Source: Gammaproteobacteria bacterium
Lineage (GTDB): Bacteria > Pseudomonadota > Gammaproteobacteria > UBA4575
Direction of reading: 5' to 3'
Assembly: GCA_965222615.1 (NCBI GenBank)
Contig: CBDCUI010000007.1
Span: 352,001 to 416,000, forward strand
Length of the DNA: 64,000 bases
Shown: in pieces, positions 50,195-60,243 of the stretch
Numbering within the stretch: position 1 is the stretch's first letter
Layout of the letters: every line of letters begins with the position of its first letter
The notes under the pieces: model-generated
Databases searched by the model: none
What the model was told of the DNA's origin: nothing
Seen by the model: the letters and a program-made list of their open reading frames with translations, nothing else
Made by a program: the position numbers and the translations under genes

Positions 50195-51256
50195 ATGTCA
50201 GATACTTCTTCAGAATTTGCAGTCCCCCTAAAAGGCATTCCGGAAACTGCGGTTATTCAATCGAGCCTGCCAGTTTTTACTGCACAACAGAGAGAAGAAA
50301 AAATTGCGAATATTAAACGTCTACTAAAACAAGAAGACGCAGTATTAGTCGCCCATTATTATACTAATGAAGATTTACAAATGATTGCTGAAGAAACTGG
50401 AGGATATGTTTCTGATTCCTTGGAAATGGCACGTTTTGGTAATCGTCATCCTGCTACGACTCTAATTGTCGCGGGTGTGCGTTTCATGGGAGAAACAGCA
50501 AAAATATTAAACCCTGAAAAACGCGTTTTAATGCCAACTTTAGAAGCTACCTGTTCCCTTGACTTGGGTTGCCCAGCAAAAGAGTTCAGTGAATTTTGTG
50601 ATCAATACCCTGATCACGAAGTAGTTGTGTATGCGAATACAAGTGCCGAAGTCAAAGCGCGTGCAGATTGGGTTGTCACCTCAAGTATTGCAGTCAAAGT
50701 TGTTTCCCATTTAATGGATCAGGATAAAAAAGTGCTTTGGGCACCGGATAAACACTTGGGTCGGTATATCGAAAAAGTTATTGGTGCAGACATGGTGTTA
50801 TGGCAAGGCGCCTGTATTGTGCATGAAGAATTTAAGGCACGTGCACTAGGTGATTTAATGGAACAACATCCTGATGCCGGGATTCTTGTTCACCCAGAAT
50901 CTCCCGCTGCGGTGATCGATGTTGCCGACGTCGTAGGATCAACTACTGCACTTATTAATGCTGCTAAAGAACTACCACATAAAAAGTTTATTGTAGCAAC
51001 CGATAACCGTATTTTTTATAAAATGAAAAAAGAAGCGCCTGACAAAGAATTCATTGAAGCACCTACTGCAGGAGAAGGCGCTACTTGTAAAAGTTGTGCC
51101 CACTGCCCCTGGATGGCCATGAATGGTTTACATAATCTGGAGGCGGTACTGATGTCCGCTCCTGAATCAAGCAAAAATGAGATATTTGTAGACGAAGAAA
51201 TCCGTAAAAAAGCCTTTCGCTCGACCAGTCGAATGCTTGACTTTGTCGCCCATTAA
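50195..51256 (+). CDS. nadA: Quinolinate synthase A
   Basis: [33 protein letters not shown]. Confidence 0.97.
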   Translation: MSDTSSEFAVPLKGIPETAVIQSSLPVFTAQQREEKIANIKRLLKQEDAVLVAHYYTNEDLQMIAEETGGYVSDSLEMARFGNRHPATTLIVAGVRFMGETAKILNPEKRVLMPTLEATCSLDLGCPAKEFSEFCDQYPDHEVVVYANTSAEVKARADWVVTSSIAVKVVSHLMDQDKKVLWAPDKHLGRYIEKVIGADMVLWQGACIVHEEFKARALGDLMEQHPDAGILVHPESPAAVIDVADVVGSTTALINAAKELPHKKFIVATDNRIFYKMKKEAPDKEFIEAPTAGEGATCKSCAHCPWMAMNGLHNLEAVLMSAPESSKNEIFVDEEIRKKAFRSTSRMLDFVAH

Positions 51257-51412
51257 TCCTGTAACCTAGCCTTTTAACGACTGAACCTATAGTTTCGTCG
51301 CCCCTTCGTGCCTTTTGTGCACTAGACCCTAAACTTTCACGCAAAATTCACGCAAGATCAGGGATTAAGAGTGGGTATAAAGCTGGAGTACCCCTTGCCT
51401 GCATAATAAATT

Positions 51413-52609
51413 ATGAGCACACAAGTAAATACTGATATTCAAGCACCTTTGTCATTGCAGCAGTTTTTAAAACTACTGCAGACACTGCCGCCTGCCCGTA
51501 TTTCTGAATTACCAATTGAACAACTACCGAATAATATTCCTGCTGATATCAGTGAAAAAATACCGATTGCATCACGCAGTGCTGTTGATGACTTAATCAT
51601 GGCGGCCAATTCTTTTCACCTCAAACGTCGCATGCGCGACCAAGAAACTTATGGTGACCAAATTGTTGCAGCCTTAGACAAAGCCAAAGTAACAACAGGA
51701 TCCGCAAATTTACGAGTATTTAAAAATAAAATTCTTCTGCTTGTGGAGATGCTACAAGCTGCTCAGCGCGGTACAAAAAAGATTGGCAACAATACATTTG
51801 TGAAGCATATTGGAGCGATTAATAACTTATTAATTGATGTAAGAAGCGAAATGATTAATCTGCACGAAAGCCTACATGCGCTTGAAAGTGTTAAAACCAT
51901 AAATGATGAAGACAAAAAGCGCTTTGAATCATCAATATCTTTATTGCGAAAACAAACAATTTCAATAAATAAAATACTAAGTGAATACTATATTTTACGC
52001 TTAAAAGTGCTTGCACGTGCTATCCACCAAAAACGCAAGCTTATAGAAACGCGCGAGGAAACTATTCAAACAAAACAACAACAACTAGATATGCTACGTG
52101 CCGACCTACAAGAAGCACAGTCTTTATGGAAGCGTACGATGAAACGCAAACAAACTAAGGACGAAACCAAGGAAGTTCAGCAACGCATTTATGACCTAGT
52201 TAATGAAATCAAAGCAAGTGAAGTAGTAATTGCTGAAAGCGATCTAATTCTGTGGTTAGACGCTATTGTAGAGGCGAGCTTGAATGAAGAATCAAAGCAG
52301 CGTGTAGCAAAGTCTTTACGACAAGCACGCATATCATTATATTATTTATTAAACAAATTCTGTGCTTCCCAAGAAGCTTCGGCTTTGCAAATTGCACAAA
52401 ATCCCTTTATACAAGTTGACCCAGAGAAGGCGATTAAATTTGTTCTAATGTCAGAACAGTTCATTTTAAATTACTTTACTAAGAAGAAAAATACTGCTAC
52501 TGCTTGGTTGAGTGGTGCAGCAGAAACTAAAATAGCAGAACTCGATCAGCTGCAAAAAGATATATTGGTGGAGTTGCGACGTGCTAGCAAGTCCATGTTC
52601 AAACTCTAA
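51413..52609 (+). CDS. Hypothetical alpha-helical/coiled-coil protein
   Basis: 398-aa ORF rich in heptad-like Q/E/K/L; no family recognised. Confidence 0.75.
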   Translation: MSTQVNTDIQAPLSLQQFLKLLQTLPPARISELPIEQLPNNIPADISEKIPIASRSAVDDLIMAANSFHLKRRMRDQETYGDQIVAALDKAKVTTGSANLRVFKNKILLLVEMLQAAQRGTKKIGNNTFVKHIGAINNLLIDVRSEMINLHESLHALESVKTINDEDKKRFESSISLLRKQTISINKILSEYYILRLKVLARAIHQKRKLIETREETIQTKQQQLDMLRADLQEAQSLWKRTMKRKQTKDETKEVQQRIYDLVNEIKASEVVIAESDLILWLDAIVEASLNEESKQRVAKSLRQARISLYYLLNKFCASQEASALQIAQNPFIQVDPEKAIKFVLMSEQFILNYFTKKKNTATAWLSGAAETKIAELDQLQKDILVELRRASKSMFKL

Positions 52610-52655
52610 AAAGCTCTGATTTATTCTAACCTATCGCTAAGCAAGCAGAACTTCC
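52609..52655. repeat. Short derivative of the MITE-like element
   Basis: aagctctgatttatt...cagaacttcc between convergent genes. Confidence 0.6.
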
Positions 52656-52667
52656 CTATACTGTTTT

Positions 52668-53114
52668 TTATGGTGAAGCATCTATAGTTTCATCTGCTTG
52701 TTCTAACTCCATCGTTTCCTGATCTAATCCATCTTGCTCTAATAGCCCTGGATCTATTGCATCTGGTCCAATTGCATCTAGCCCTGGCATTTCGGGTTCT
52801 TGAATTTGCTCAAGCGCTTTTTGGCGTTGCTGTTCATGGTCTTGCGAAATGATCAGTAATGCAGCTGTGGATACGACGGCAATAAGCGCTGCAATTATTA
52901 GTGCAATCACCCAAGCCTTCACTGAACGTCGATGCAATATCCAATAAAATATCCAGCTAAAGAGTATAAATATCAGTATTCCAAACCAATAGCTAGCTAC
53001 CTGTATCGACGAGACCGAATAATTACTATTCACACTTAATTGCTGGTACAACCACCATCCTGCAATCGCAAGCAATACGCAAAGACTTATATGTAGTACG
53101 AAACGTAGTGACAT
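52668..53114 (-). CDS. Hypothetical membrane protein
   Basis: Three hydrophobic segments, acidic tail. Confidence 0.65.
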   Translation of the reverse strand: MSLRFVLHISLCVLLAIAGWWLYQQLSVNSNYSVSSIQVASYWFGILIFILFSWIFYWILHRRSVKAWVIALIIAALIAVVSTAALLIISQDHEQQRQKALEQIQEPEMPGLDAIGPDAIDPGLLEQDGLDQETMELEQADETIDASP

Positions 53115-53138
53115 AGTTATAAATGGTTATGTTAATAC

Positions 53139-53384
53139 TTATGCTGGAAAATTATTCTGCGGCGGAATTTGTAAATAATATCCTTGTTCTTCAATATTAG
53201 CGAATACTTGCTTGGCATCGGCAATTGCAAGTTTTCGTTCTTGAGTTAGATCAAATTCCAAAACAAACTCGGGTTTACCAAATAACTTTAACAACTGACT
53301 TGGAATTTTATTAAAGTCATCTTTTTGATCTATATAAATGTAAGTATCAACTTTACTTAAGCTTTTGTAAACGTAGCACTTCAT
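53139..53384 (-). CDS. ycgL: YcgL-domain protein
   Basis: CYVYKS..DTYIY..P..L..LFG.P..GYYLQIPP. Confidence 0.88.
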   Translation of the reverse strand: MKCYVYKSLSKVDTYIYIDQKDDFNKIPSQLLKLFGKPEFVLEFDLTQERKLAIADAKQVFANIEEQGYYLQIPPQNNFPA

Positions 53385-53471
53385 TAGCTTATTCTGACTA
53401 AGAAAATAGTAACATTACCATATAATATAGTAACTGGGAGGAAATCATCCTATTTAGTAACGTCTAGAAAA

Positions 53472-54362
53472 CTATTGTATCGGTGGTGATACCAGGCTTT
53501 TATTTTGTTGAGGAGCTGACGTTACAGCTGTTTCTGAATCAACTGTCGTTGTAGATGGTAAGCTAGACTTATTTTCAGCTGTTACATCATCTTTGGAATC
53601 AGATTTTGGCGCCGGCCTTACTAAGTCTTTTTTAACCTCGACGGGTGAGTCTTGTTTTTTCACTACAGGCGGCGGCGGTGGTGCACTTGGATCGATTAAT
53701 AGTAAAATTGATTTGATTTTCTCCAACTTGTATTCAAATGAAACTATTCCTCCACTAATTTGTTCCTCGACAGATATAGAGTCTTCTGCACTTGCGATCA
53801 AGCGCCCACGCTTGGATGTACTATCCATAAAGACCACCTCGACATTTTTACCAATTGATGAATTGATATCTGTTTTGTCTATAGCGACTTTGCGTATTTT
53901 TGCACGAGATATTGTTTTTACGGTTTTATCTTCTTTTGGTGCCAACGGTTCAATTTCTTTACTAGAAAATTTATCTTTATTGGTACTCAGAATAGGGTCA
54001 TATTCTTCTTCGTCTTCAATAACTACTTTTGCTGCAGCCTCTTCGTTTGGTAATGGCTCTGCTGGAGGCAGAGCACTAGGTAGATTTTTTACGACCTCAT
54101 GATCTGCCAAACCCGGAATTGCATGTATACCCCCGCCATAGATACCGGCAGCGGCCATCACTATGCCAACTAAACTCATTGCAAATCCATTACGTGCTTG
54201 ATCGTGGTTCCATTTTATAAAACAGTACACCGGCACTAGGAGAGGAATGATTAAAACCAACAAGCCCCAAAAAAAGTTTTCTGAAAAGGCGTCTAGTAAC
54301 ACCATGATCATGCCGACTAAAACTAATAGTAAAGCAAGAATTAAAACAATTTGAGCTAACAT
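53472..54362 (-). CDS. Hypothetical membrane-anchored protein
   Basis: N-terminal 3-TM segment, beta-rich middle, Pro/Ser/Thr-rich tail. Confidence 0.7.
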   Translation of the reverse strand: MLAQIVLILALLLVLVGMIMVLLDAFSENFFWGLLVLIIPLLVPVYCFIKWNHDQARNGFAMSLVGIVMAAAGIYGGGIHAIPGLADHEVVKNLPSALPPAEPLPNEEAAAKVVIEDEEEYDPILSTNKDKFSSKEIEPLAPKEDKTVKTISRAKIRKVAIDKTDINSSIGKNVEVVFMDSTSKRGRLIASAEDSISVEEQISGGIVSFEYKLEKIKSILLLIDPSAPPPPPVVKKQDSPVEVKKDLVRPAPKSDSKDDVTAENKSSLPSTTTVDSETAVTSAPQQNKSLVSPPIQ

Positions 54363-54381
54363 ATGCGTAAAAATATCTAGG

Positions 54382-56274
54382 TTAACACCTATCTGTTAGA
54401 TAACTGCTAGCTTGCAAGGAAATTTCAAGTTCTTGCAATATCAGATTTTTCATTTTTCCAGAAATTTTCATATGTTCCACTTTTCCCAACCAGTTCTGGC
54501 GCATTTTTTTGACATCGATATGTACGTAAGATAGTACCTCTTCAACTGTATCACCAGGCTCTTCCTCACAAATTTGATAACCCCCATCGGATTTCAGCTC
54601 GATATTGACTGCATTGGTATCTCCAAAGAGATTATGCAGATCACCAAGAATCTCCTGATAGGCGCCTACTAGAAACAAACCCAAGACATAATCTTCCTGA
54701 GGCCGGTACTCATGTAGTGACAAGTATGAACATATCCCTTCTGCCTCAACATATCGATCTATCTGTCCATCGGAATCACAAGTCAAATCATGTAAACGTA
54801 CTTTTTGTTGTGGCATTTCATTGAGACGATGCAATGGCAAAATAGGAAAAATTTGATCTAGGCCCCATACATCTGGGGTTGACTGGAATAAAGAAAAATT
54901 ACAGAAATATTTATCAATAAATATTGTTTCTAACTTACTACTATTATTTTCTGATAATGCCTTTTCATGACTTAATAGTTGTTGGCAGATAAAATTGTAT
55001 AGTTTTTCCGATTGCGCTTTTTTTATTAAGGAAATATCTCCACAAGAAAACTTTCCACCCAAATCATGCATAATTTCAACTAGCTGGTCATAGTATGTTT
55101 CAATGTCTTTTTTGCCATGGGCATTTGCAGTAATACTTTTACTTAAATTAATAAGTGGCTTTAAATACGGATCAGTTGAACATCCGCCTTCAACCTTGAC
55201 ATTCATTTGTTGATATTCAGCATCGATTACATTTGTTAATAAGACCGCATGATATGCAGTCATAACCCTTCCATTCTCACTGAAAATTACAGGTGCCTGT
55301 ATATCTTTTTCTTGGCAAATGCCATTTACTACTTCAATTATGGTGTTGGCATAATCTTCGATTGAATAATTGATGGAAAAATACGAACTTGAATTATTAC
55401 CTTCATAATCGACTCCTAAACCACCACCAATATTTAATTGACTTAGTCCCACACCGAGCTCATTCAATTCTGCAAAATACCTCATCCCTTCAACAACGCC
55501 AGCGCGGATATGTTGCAAAGCCGGAATCTGCGAGCCCATATGGAAATGCAACATCTGCATCCATGCCGTTACGTGATGGTGTTTAAGTTCTTGTACCAGC
55601 TCTAGAACTTTGTTTGAAGTTAAGCCAAATTTTGAACGCTTCCCGCCTGTATTTTGCCAGTTACCTTCGGCAATAGCAGACAAGCGTATTCGCATACCCA
55701 ACGTCGGTGTGGCCTTAAGTTCATCGGCTAGCCTTAAAACATGTTGAAACTCAAGCAGACTTTCTAAAACAATGACAACTTCATGACCGAGCAACCCACC
55801 AATTAATGCCAAACGAATATAGGCCTCATCTTTATAGCCGTTACAAATTATTTGCCGTTGACTTTGTGTAATACCCAAACATGCAAGCAACTCTGCTTTA
55901 CTGCCCACTTCAAATGCAATCGGCCATTGAGCTTGTTGCTGGAAATGCTCGATCACTGTTGCCTGTTGATTTACTTTAATTGGATAGGCAGCGATATAAT
56001 TACCTTGATAGTCATAATGCTTAATTGCATCTGAAAATGCTTGAGATAAGGTTGATAATAGCTCTTGTAAAATATGCGGAAACCGAACGAGTACAGGCAA
56101 ACTTATGCCGTGCTCTCTAAGTGCTAAAGTCAATTGATATAAATCTATTTCGCCTGCATGCGCCTTAATCGCTACGTTCCCTGCGGCATTGATATCAACT
56201 AAACCTAAACCCCAATTCTTGACACGATAATGTCTTATTGCATGTTCTACAGTCCAGTTATTTTTTTTATACAT
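54382..56274 (-). CDS. speA: Biosynthetic arginine decarboxylase
   Basis: YPIKVNQ, EVGSKAEL, HFHMGSQ, GGGLGVDY, TCDSDG, GAYQE. Confidence 0.96.
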   Translation of the reverse strand: MYKKNNWTVEHAIRHYRVKNWGLGLVDINAAGNVAIKAHAGEIDLYQLTLALREHGISLPVLVRFPHILQELLSTLSQAFSDAIKHYDYQGNYIAAYPIKVNQQATVIEHFQQQAQWPIAFEVGSKAELLACLGITQSQRQIICNGYKDEAYIRLALIGGLLGHEVVIVLESLLEFQHVLRLADELKATPTLGMRIRLSAIAEGNWQNTGGKRSKFGLTSNKVLELVQELKHHHVTAWMQMLHFHMGSQIPALQHIRAGVVEGMRYFAELNELGVGLSQLNIGGGLGVDYEGNNSSSYFSINYSIEDYANTIIEVVNGICQEKDIQAPVIFSENGRVMTAYHAVLLTNVIDAEYQQMNVKVEGGCSTDPYLKPLINLSKSITANAHGKKDIETYYDQLVEIMHDLGGKFSCGDISLIKKAQSEKLYNFICQQLLSHEKALSENNSSKLETIFIDKYFCNFSLFQSTPDVWGLDQIFPILPLHRLNEMPQQKVRLHDLTCDSDGQIDRYVEAEGICSYLSLHEYRPQEDYVLGLFLVGAYQEILGDLHNLFGDTNAVNIELKSDGGYQICEEEPGDTVEEVLSYVHIDVKKMRQNWLGKVEHMKISGKMKNLILQELEISLQASSYLTDRC

Positions 56275-56343
56275 AGGTATTTATTATTATGACTTTTACT
56301 TAAAATTTACACTAAACAGAAACTTACGGTATTGGGAATTTGA

Positions 56344-57210
56344 ATGATTAACACTAATAAAAAATGGTTTACTGAAGAATGTACAGAATGTGGTACTGCA
56401 TTTTCACTTGAAATTAATAAAAAACTTCATGAAGAGCAAACTGCATTTCAAAAAATTGAAGTTTACTCAACCAAAAGTTTTGGAAACTTGATGGTTATTG
56501 ATGGGTTTGTAATGTTAACGGAACGCGATAATTTTATATACCATGAAATGATGACTCACCCAGCACTATTTAGCCATCCAAACCCGCAGCATGTGGTTAT
56601 TGTCGGTGGTGGAGATTGTGGCACACTGCGTGAAACTGCCAAACACATTTGTATTGACAAAATAACTCAGGTAGAAATTGACCAGCGCATTACAAGTATT
56701 GCTGAACAGTATTTCCCTGACTTATGCGCAGCGAATAATGATCCTCGAGTTGAATTTGTTTTCGAAGATGCAATTGAGTGGATAAAACAAAATAATGAAA
56801 ACTCGATAGATGTCATCATCGTCGACAGTACTGATCCTATTGGACCAGCAAAAGGTCTTTTTTCAACTCCATTCTATGAGAACTGTTTACGCGCATTAAA
56901 ACACGATGGCTTATTGGTGCAACAAAGTGAATCTCCATTTGTACACTTTGACAGCATTATCAAACCCATGCATCGCTGTATGCGAGATGCGGGATTTATC
57001 ACTGTGGAATTAATTCATTTTCCCCAGCCAAGTTATCCTACTGGTTGGTGGAGCGCTACCATCGCCAGTCAAGCAAATCAATTACCATTTGCTCGACAAC
57101 ACCAAGCCCAATCTCTTACTTTTGCTACTAAGTATTACAATCATGCAATACATGTTGCCAGTCTATGCACTCCACAATTTATAAAAAATAAGGAGACCCT
57201 GATTTATTAA
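56344..57210 (+). CDS. speE: Spermidine synthase/polyamine aminopropyltransferase
   Basis: YHEMMTH, GGGDCG, VEID, DSTDP, YPTGWW. Confidence 0.95.
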   Translation: MINTNKKWFTEECTECGTAFSLEINKKLHEEQTAFQKIEVYSTKSFGNLMVIDGFVMLTERDNFIYHEMMTHPALFSHPNPQHVVIVGGGDCGTLRETAKHICIDKITQVEIDQRITSIAEQYFPDLCAANNDPRVEFVFEDAIEWIKQNNENSIDVIIVDSTDPIGPAKGLFSTPFYENCLRALKHDGLLVQQSESPFVHFDSIIKPMHRCMRDAGFITVELIHFPQPSYPTGWWSATIASQANQLPFARQHQAQSLTFATKYYNHAIHVASLCTPQFIKNKETLIY

Positions 57211-57238
57211 TGAAATATCAGAATAAATCAGGGCTTCC
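57192..57238. repeat. Internally deleted MITE-like copy overlapping the speE 3' end
   Basis: ggagaccctgatttattaatgaaat/atcagaataaatcagggcttcc. Confidence 0.8.
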
Positions 57239-57244
57239 CAAACA

Positions 57245-58510
57245 TTATTCAGCTACGAATTCCGGATAAGCTTCCAAACCACATTCAGAAATATCCGCAC
57301 CCTCCATTTCTTCTTCTTCTGACATACGAATTCCCATAATAGCTTTGAGTATGCTCCAGGCAATGAAACTGGTTACAAATACCCAGATAAATATGGTAGC
57401 CGCACCTAATAGCTGCCCGCTGAAACTAACCTCACTGTTAGTTAACGGCACTGCAAGTAAGCCCCACAAACCTACTGTTCCATGCACTGAAATGGCGCCT
57501 ACGGGGTCATCGATCTTAATCTTATCTAACAATACGATGGACAATACGACGATCACTCCACCAACCGCACCAATTACAGTAGCTGCTAAAGCCGATGGGG
57601 TGGAGGGCTCAGCGGTAATAGCAACCAGCCCTGCTAGTGCGCCATTAAGCGCCATGGTTAAGTCTGCCTTTCCGAACCACAAACGTGCCAGTATTAAAGC
57701 GGCAACTAAACCCCCTGCTGCTGCAGTATTGGTGTTTAAAAACACCATGGCCACTGAATTAGCACTGCTGATATCACCCAGCTTCAATACCGAGCCACCG
57801 TTAAATCCAAACCATCCCATCCACAAAATAAAAGTACCGAGTGTGGCAAGCGGTAAATTCGCACCTGGCAAAGCATGCACTTTCCCGTCAGAAGTATATT
57901 TACCTTTACGCGGACCAAGTAGCATCACACCGGCTAAAGCCGCCGCTGCCCCAGCCATGTGGACAATTCCTGAGCCGGCAAAATCGGAAAACCCAGCCTC
58001 ACCAAGATTGAACATACCGAATACATCCGCACCGTTCCAAGTCCAGCTTCCTTCCATAGGATAAATAAAGCCAGTCATGACCAGCGCAAACAATAAAAAT
58101 GCCCACAGCTTCATGCGTTCAGCCACCGCACCAGAAACTATAGACATGGCAGTGGCAACAAATACGACTTGGAAAAAGAAGTCTGAAGAATCTGCGTAGA
58201 CTGAATCCCCATCGAAGCCATTTTCTGCAGACGCAGCCAATGCATCTTTTACCAAACTTTCACCACCCGCGATACCAGATAAAAACCAAGTGCCGTCATA
58301 CATAATCATATATCCACAGACCATATACATGATGCAAGAAATTGAATACAAGGCGACATTTTTAGTAAGAATTTCTGCTGTGTTTTTACTTCTTACTAAA
58401 CCTGATTCAAGCATGGAAAAGCCTGCAGCCATCCACATTACTAATGCGCCGCACACCAAAAAATAAAAAGTGTCCATTGCATATTGCAATTCAAAAATTT
58501 GGTTTTCCAC
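57245..58510 (-). CDS. amtB: Ammonium transporter
   Basis: FFFQVVF, DFAGSGIVH, WFGFNGGS, DDPVGAISVH. Confidence 0.96.
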   Translation of the reverse strand: MENQIFELQYAMDTFYFLVCGALVMWMAAGFSMLESGLVRSKNTAEILTKNVALYSISCIMYMVCGYMIMYDGTWFLSGIAGGESLVKDALAASAENGFDGDSVYADSSDFFFQVVFVATAMSIVSGAVAERMKLWAFLLFALVMTGFIYPMEGSWTWNGADVFGMFNLGEAGFSDFAGSGIVHMAGAAAALAGVMLLGPRKGKYTSDGKVHALPGANLPLATLGTFILWMGWFGFNGGSVLKLGDISSANSVAMVFLNTNTAAAGGLVAALILARLWFGKADLTMALNGALAGLVAITAEPSTPSALAATVIGAVGGVIVVLSIVLLDKIKIDDPVGAISVHGTVGLWGLLAVPLTNSEVSFSGQLLGAATIFIWVFVTSFIAWSILKAIMGIRMSEEEEMEGADISECGLEAYPEFVAE

Positions 58511-58538
58511 AATTCCCTCCTAGCGAGAATAATTATTA

Positions 58539-58913
<375 letters not shown>

Positions 58914-59022
58914 TTAAAAAGGAATTGATTACCATTTTTTAAACTCATCTCTATGTTCATAGTTACTAGAACACTATATTAATAATCAGATATGGTGTTT
59001 TAGGTCACTGGATTAATCGTTA

Positions 59023-59739
59023 TCAGCTACCCCATTTCATGATGTCGAAAGTTCGATGAATCCCGATATATGCTTCGGTCTCATCATCATCATCTCCACC
59101 ACTATTGATAATATTGGCATCAGTGGAGACGATGGCCGCGGTTACATCAAACCCAGCTACTTCAAACCCATAGCCAAACTCCCAATAACTACCTAAATCA
59201 TCTTCAGCATCATCATCGAACTGACCGTAGGTGAGATAAACGCCATTCCATCCTGCAGTGGCTGCATAGAAAACATAGTTATCACCTTCGGTATTTCCAG
59301 CATCATCTAGAAATACACCGTTGTATTCGCCATCGGTGTATTCGAGATCAAAAGACCAAATATCATCAGACCAGCCTGCATAAAGATTGACTTCGTTATA
59401 TTCGCGATCGAAGTTGTCTGAGTATTGGAACGTGGTATATCCCGCCCCTAAATACATGCCATTTGTAAATTCATGTACATAACCACCGTACACGTCATAT
59501 TCAATACCTTCGTCTTCTACATCAGCAATCCATGTGCCTACATAGAAACCTCCTATTTCTAAATCGACTCCTCCATTAGCGGTACCCGATGATTGTGGAA
59601 TGCCACGAAATATATAGTCGGATAAAATTCCCGCATTGCCGGAAAGAGTTGCTTCTGCCGCTAATGTGGTGTGAGTAAGCACCGTACAACTACTCACGAC
59701 CATCATCGCTAGTACCAAGCGTTGTAGTTTCATATTCAT
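59023..59739 (-). CDS. TorF-family putative porin
   Basis: SDYIFRGIPQ, GFYVGTW, EYDVYGGY; upstream of glnK. Confidence 0.85.
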   Translation of the reverse strand: MNMKLQRLVLAMMVVSSCTVLTHTTLAAEATLSGNAGILSDYIFRGIPQSSGTANGGVDLEIGGFYVGTWIADVEDEGIEYDVYGGYVHEFTNGMYLGAGYTTFQYSDNFDREYNEVNLYAGWSDDIWSFDLEYTDGEYNGVFLDDAGNTEGDNYVFYAATAGWNGVYLTYGQFDDDAEDDLGSYWEFGYGFEVAGFDVTAAIVSTDANIINSGGDDDDETEAYIGIHRTFDIMKWGS

Positions 59740-59789
59740 TCAAAGTCCTCCCTTACTAAAAGGCGTTGTTTATAATTCGATTTTGTTAA

Positions 59790-59805
59790 TGCATAGGTTG
59801 TGCCA
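59790..59805 (-). promoter_or_regulatory. Sigma54 promoter for torF-glnK-amtB
   Basis: Minus strand TGGCACAACCTATGCA (GG-N10-GC). Confidence 0.85.
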
Positions 59806-59866
59806 AAATACACTTACCTTGGAATAACAATAAGTTAGGTGGGAATTCGATGATGTCGATCACTCA

Positions 59867-59917
59867 CGCATTAAAATAATGCATTTATTTCAAACATGTG
59901 TGCACAAATACGGTGCG
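59867..59917. promoter_or_regulatory. Two NtrC-type enhancer sites
   Basis: cgcattaaaataatgca (59867-59883) and tgcacaaatacggtgcg (59901-59917) resemble TGCAC-N7-GTGCA. Confidence 0.7.
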
Positions 59918-59972
59918 GGGAAACTTATAATAGTTTGGCTACACTATTAAGAATATAAGTTGGGAGTAGTCA

Positions 59973-60233
59973 ATGAAATTAGATTCACAAACACTCGATG
60001 AAATTGTACGCAAACTCAGTGCTGCAATTCCCGATGACTTAAAGGCAACAAAACAAAATTTGGAAAAAAATGCACGCAGTGCTGCTGAAGGTGTTTTTCA
60101 ACGCCTAGATTTAGTGACACGAGAAGAATTTGATGTGCAAGCAAAAATGCTATCAAAAAGTCAACAACGTGTTAAAGAATTAGAACAGCGCATACAAGAG
60201 CTTGAGCAAGTTATATTGAAATCTAATAATTAA
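59973..60233 (+). CDS. ubiK: Accessory factor UbiK/BMFP
   Basis: LDLVTREEFDVQ; glnK/ubiK/comM synteny. Confidence 0.9.
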   Translation: MKLDSQTLDEIVRKLSAAIPDDLKATKQNLEKNARSAAEGVFQRLDLVTREEFDVQAKMLSKSQQRVKELEQRIQELEQVILKSNN

Positions 60234-60243
60234 CCTAGCTTGC

